Assembly (NCBI GenBank): GCA_043228905.1
Contig: JBHGNT010000012.1
Span: 13,330,001 to 13,394,000, forward strand
Length of the DNA: 64,000 nt
Source: Azolla caroliniana
Taxonomy: Eukaryota > Plantae > Polypodiophyta
Direction of reading: 5' to 3'
Numbering within the stretch: the stretch's first letter is position 1; every line of letters starts with the position of its first letter. Both the position numbers and the translations under genes were made by a program. Positions 60,734-64,000 of the stretch are shown here, piece by piece. Under the pieces are notes generated by a model. The model did not search any database. It was not told the origin of the DNA and saw only the letters and a program-made list of their open reading frames with translations.

Positions 60734-63700
60734 TGTTACGGGCATGACCATATAATATCCCATGGTGAGAATTTACTGTAGTATTCTATACACGTGGATA
60801 AGTGTGAGGGTTAAACGAGAGTGTAAAGAAGAAGAGGATTAATTTTAAATCCTCGGGATTGAGACAACCCATTAGGCCAAGTGTGAACATGGTTGGGGGC
60901 CTTGGGTATCGCTATAAATAGAGGCCTAGCTACCCTCATTTGATCATCTTGTTGACTACGTCGAGACTCTGTCTTGTGGTGGGTCAACTCTTGTAACGAG
61001 TGCGCCAGCACCAGGTACAACTCGATGCCACGGTGGTGGTATGGGACGCCGATTGAGGCTCGAGTCCGTCTCGATTCCTTCGCTCGGGGGTGGTCGGGTG
61101 GATCGACACCCTTCTTTCTCTCTCTCTCCTTTTTATCCATTCATCTATATTCTATCCTTATCTAATGCTTACATTAGTCTATGTCTCTAATAATTGGTAT
61201 CCGAGCCCATTTGCTAATGTTTCTTTTGTTGTCTTTTGTGTTCTTGATTGATGGTGATCGATCTACGTGTGATGAGCCTTCATGCAGACAAGGATCAACA
61301 AAGGAACTTCGGTAATCTTTCTTGTTTTTTTATCTATATTTCTTCTCCCATCTAATCATGTGTATGGTTAATATGTAGATTTTTTTCATTAATTCAATGA
61401 TGTTGTAGTGGTAATTCATTGGTTGTATAAAACGTTTACATATGTGTATGAGGTCAATACCTCATTTGACGTATATTGAATATGTGATGAGTGTCGTATG
61501 CGCACGAGGTTAATACCTCAATTGCGTATTACATTCACAAACATATGTTACGTTTGTGTATGAGGTCAATACCTCGATTCGTTGTAGATGATATGCGTTT
61601 GGTCTCGTACGCGTAAGAGGTCAATACCTCAATTGCGTATTACGATTAACCCTTATTTTTGGATGTCTCGTGTGCATATAGGTATATGCCTTGATTATGT
61701 ATCTCGATTACGTCATTTTTGGCTATTAAATATAACGATTTCTTTAATATGGGCATATGTGGTCACGTGTATACGTAGTTGATCGTATATATGTGATAAT
61801 ATACATATGTGTATATAAGTTATTACGTGATTTTAAATCGAATGTTTTCCTTTTCGGGGAAAGGATCTTGGTGGCCGTCCTCACATTTTTGTGAGAATAG
61901 CGTTGTCACCATCTCTTTTTTAAACAATTTTTTATTGTTGAAATCCCCGTTGGTGATTTCGATATTTCGTTACGTAAAGAAACGCTTATAGCCATAATGC
62001 TGTTGAGTACGTAGGGCATGACCCACTTCATGTGAGGTCGCTCCTATGACACACGTATCCAACATCCTTCCCTCATGAGATCATTCTTATGAGAGGCATT
62101 CGTAATGACGTGACCATGTGATGGGCCACGTGGGCCTACTACGAAAAGAGGACTCATTTCGCTAGACCATTAGGTTGCACTTTGGCGTATGCCATCGTAA
62201 TTACGAGACTTGAGGTTAGGTAACGTACCAACATAGTTGTCGTAAATGAGGGCGAAATAAGGATTCTTGACATATATGTTTCTTTTAAAAAAACATATAT
62301 GCGCAAATGCCTCGCATATTTCTTATACGCATGAAACATTATAACATTCAAGAAGAGCAACCTATTTGGTTGGCTCAAGTGTTTAATGCATTTGTTCTTG
62401 AGGTCTCGAGTTCAAATATGACCAAGACCATACAACATCGTTGATGCATATGAATATAACACATGTTTAGACTTGAGGTCTAAGTGCACTTCGGGGTCTC
62501 CGTAATAGAACTTAAAGAGCCGAAACCACATATGTGGGCACCGAAACATAGTTTATTGTTAACATTTTTTTCGTGTATAAACTATTCATGTTGCGAACAT
62601 ACATAGTTGAGCCTCGGGGAGCCACCATGAAAAAAATCGATATAGAGATCAGGGAAAGACATCTATTTGTCACCCCCGTGGTTTTTAAAACACCTTTGTG
62701 TTACCATAGTAACCTGATCTTAAACCTCATCTCATACGTCTAGAGGGGTATTGACGTGAGATCATGATATTGATTAATGTTTGCCCATGATATGTTTACA
62801 TCACCACATGATGTTATGACTATCTCTTTGACCTTATCCTATTTCTTTTCCAGAAATAATCATTTAATGGCTCACAATAACGACCCGATGTCATCCACTC
62901 AAGCAGAAGGAACTCAAGGAAATCCTCTTGGACAAATGTCCATTGAGATGTATTTTTCGCAAATAACCCAATACCTTAGTTTCATTGCTCAACAGATGAC
63001 CAAACATCGCCAATCTCAAAGTGCTCTTGAGGCACGTGTCATTAGTTTACAACGTGAGACTAATAGACCTGATGAGCAACAAGGTGAATCATCGTTTGTC
63101 GTTAAGCCATTTACGGGAGACAAAAAGGAAAGAACAGAAGAAGCAATCTGCACGTGGTTGGGCCGATGGGAGTCTCATTTTGAGCTCTATCCCAAGGCAG
63201 ATAGTACGAAGATTGCATATGTCGATCCAGAACTAGGGGGTAAGGCTGCCGCCTCGTGGCGTGGGCTCCGTACTTTGGGAAAATTGCCCGATACCTGGAC
63301 AGATTTTGTCACAGTTTTCAAGGGCCAATTTCTGCAACCTCCCTCTTGAACCGAGGTAGCACAAGCTTTAATGAACCTCTCTAGCAGGAAGTTTTCCTCG
63401 CTAGAAGACTATGTCCACCATGCTAGAACCCAAATCCAAAAATCGGGTCTAGAAGGGGACAATTGGTTAATAGCTTGTTTTGTCAATGGCATCCCCAATT
63501 CGCACTATCATTGGATAGTGCACGATAAGGATCCAAAATCCTTCGAAGAGGCCGTTGAAATAGTTCTTCGTTATCAACGCACTTCGAAAGACCACAACAA
63601 AACCAACGAAGCGCCCGAGACTAAGCAGTCGCAATTCGCTGGGAAACGCAAGACACCCAACAAATTCATGGATCATGATTCTAAGCGACAACATCCTTTT

Positions 63701-64000
63701 TGCGTATTCTGCAAAACGAAGGGTCATACAAAAGAGCAATGTCGAAACCTCCAACAGAAAGAGCACGACAACAAAGCTAAAGCTGTAGACCATAAAGGTC
63801 AGATTCCTAATGTCCTTCAGGTCTATACACATCATTTAAGTAATTGTGAATGTTCTTTCCCTCGATATGTATTGGGTCCCAATGATTTACTACGTGCAAA
63901 CGGGTATATCAATGGATCTCCCGTATAATTTTTGTTTGATTCGGGAAGCTCACACAACTTTGTGAATGATTGTTTGGTTCAGATATGGGGAATCCAACCC
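60734..64000 (+). mobile_element. Gypsy chromovirus A4, 5' part (LTR 60734-61192, long leader, gag from 62867, protease); runs out of window
   Basis: TGTTACGGGCATGACC...CTCTAATA; PBS TGGTATCCGAGC at 61195; gag ORFs 62777-63349 and 63371-63928. Confidence 0.9.

Noticed and set aside
60147-60747. 131- and 162-aa ORFs in the D2 LTR
   Set aside because: Produced by the stop-poor tandem array; low-complexity translation
61440-61700. CRISPR-like array of palindromic repeats with spacers
   Set aside because: Eukaryotic retrotransposon leader, 14-bp degenerate core, spacers related to each other, no cas genes

Overview
Plant nuclear DNA, most likely a moss such as Physcomitrium (inferred from the element types). 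Bases 37-1910 hold the last five coding exons of a callose synthase (CalS/GSL) gene. About 6.5 kb of AT-rich relics follow: tandem repeats, two interstitial telomeric tracts and a decayed LINE. The remaining ~55 kb is a deeply nested LTR-retrotransposon cluster, which I resolved by eye from LTRs, primer-binding sites (PBS), polypurine tracts (PPT) and target-site duplications (TSD); letter labels are mine. Gypsy K contains chromovirus A1 (minus strand, 12396 to beyond the window end). A1 contains solo LTR D1, Copia C1 (14824-38351), Gypsy F (38594-58980) and D2/A4. C1 contains chimeric chromovirus A2, Copia E and Copia C2, and C2 contains the young Gypsy B (23987-33704). F contains Copia G, LTR H and Tcn1-like chromovirus I, and I contains A3 (45343-54454). 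The main signals are: an ~870-codon extra ORF in B (PMD-like plus coiled coil); a self-priming PBS and a -1 frameshift signal in I; tRNA-like Pol III A/B-box cassettes in three unrelated LTR families; a predicted leader intron with a stem-loop array, and TG..TA LTR ends, in family A; LTR modules apparently shared between Copia and Gypsy elements; and telomere repeats inserted at an apparent break site. There are no prokaryotic features. All coordinates and comparisons were made by eye; no database searches were run.
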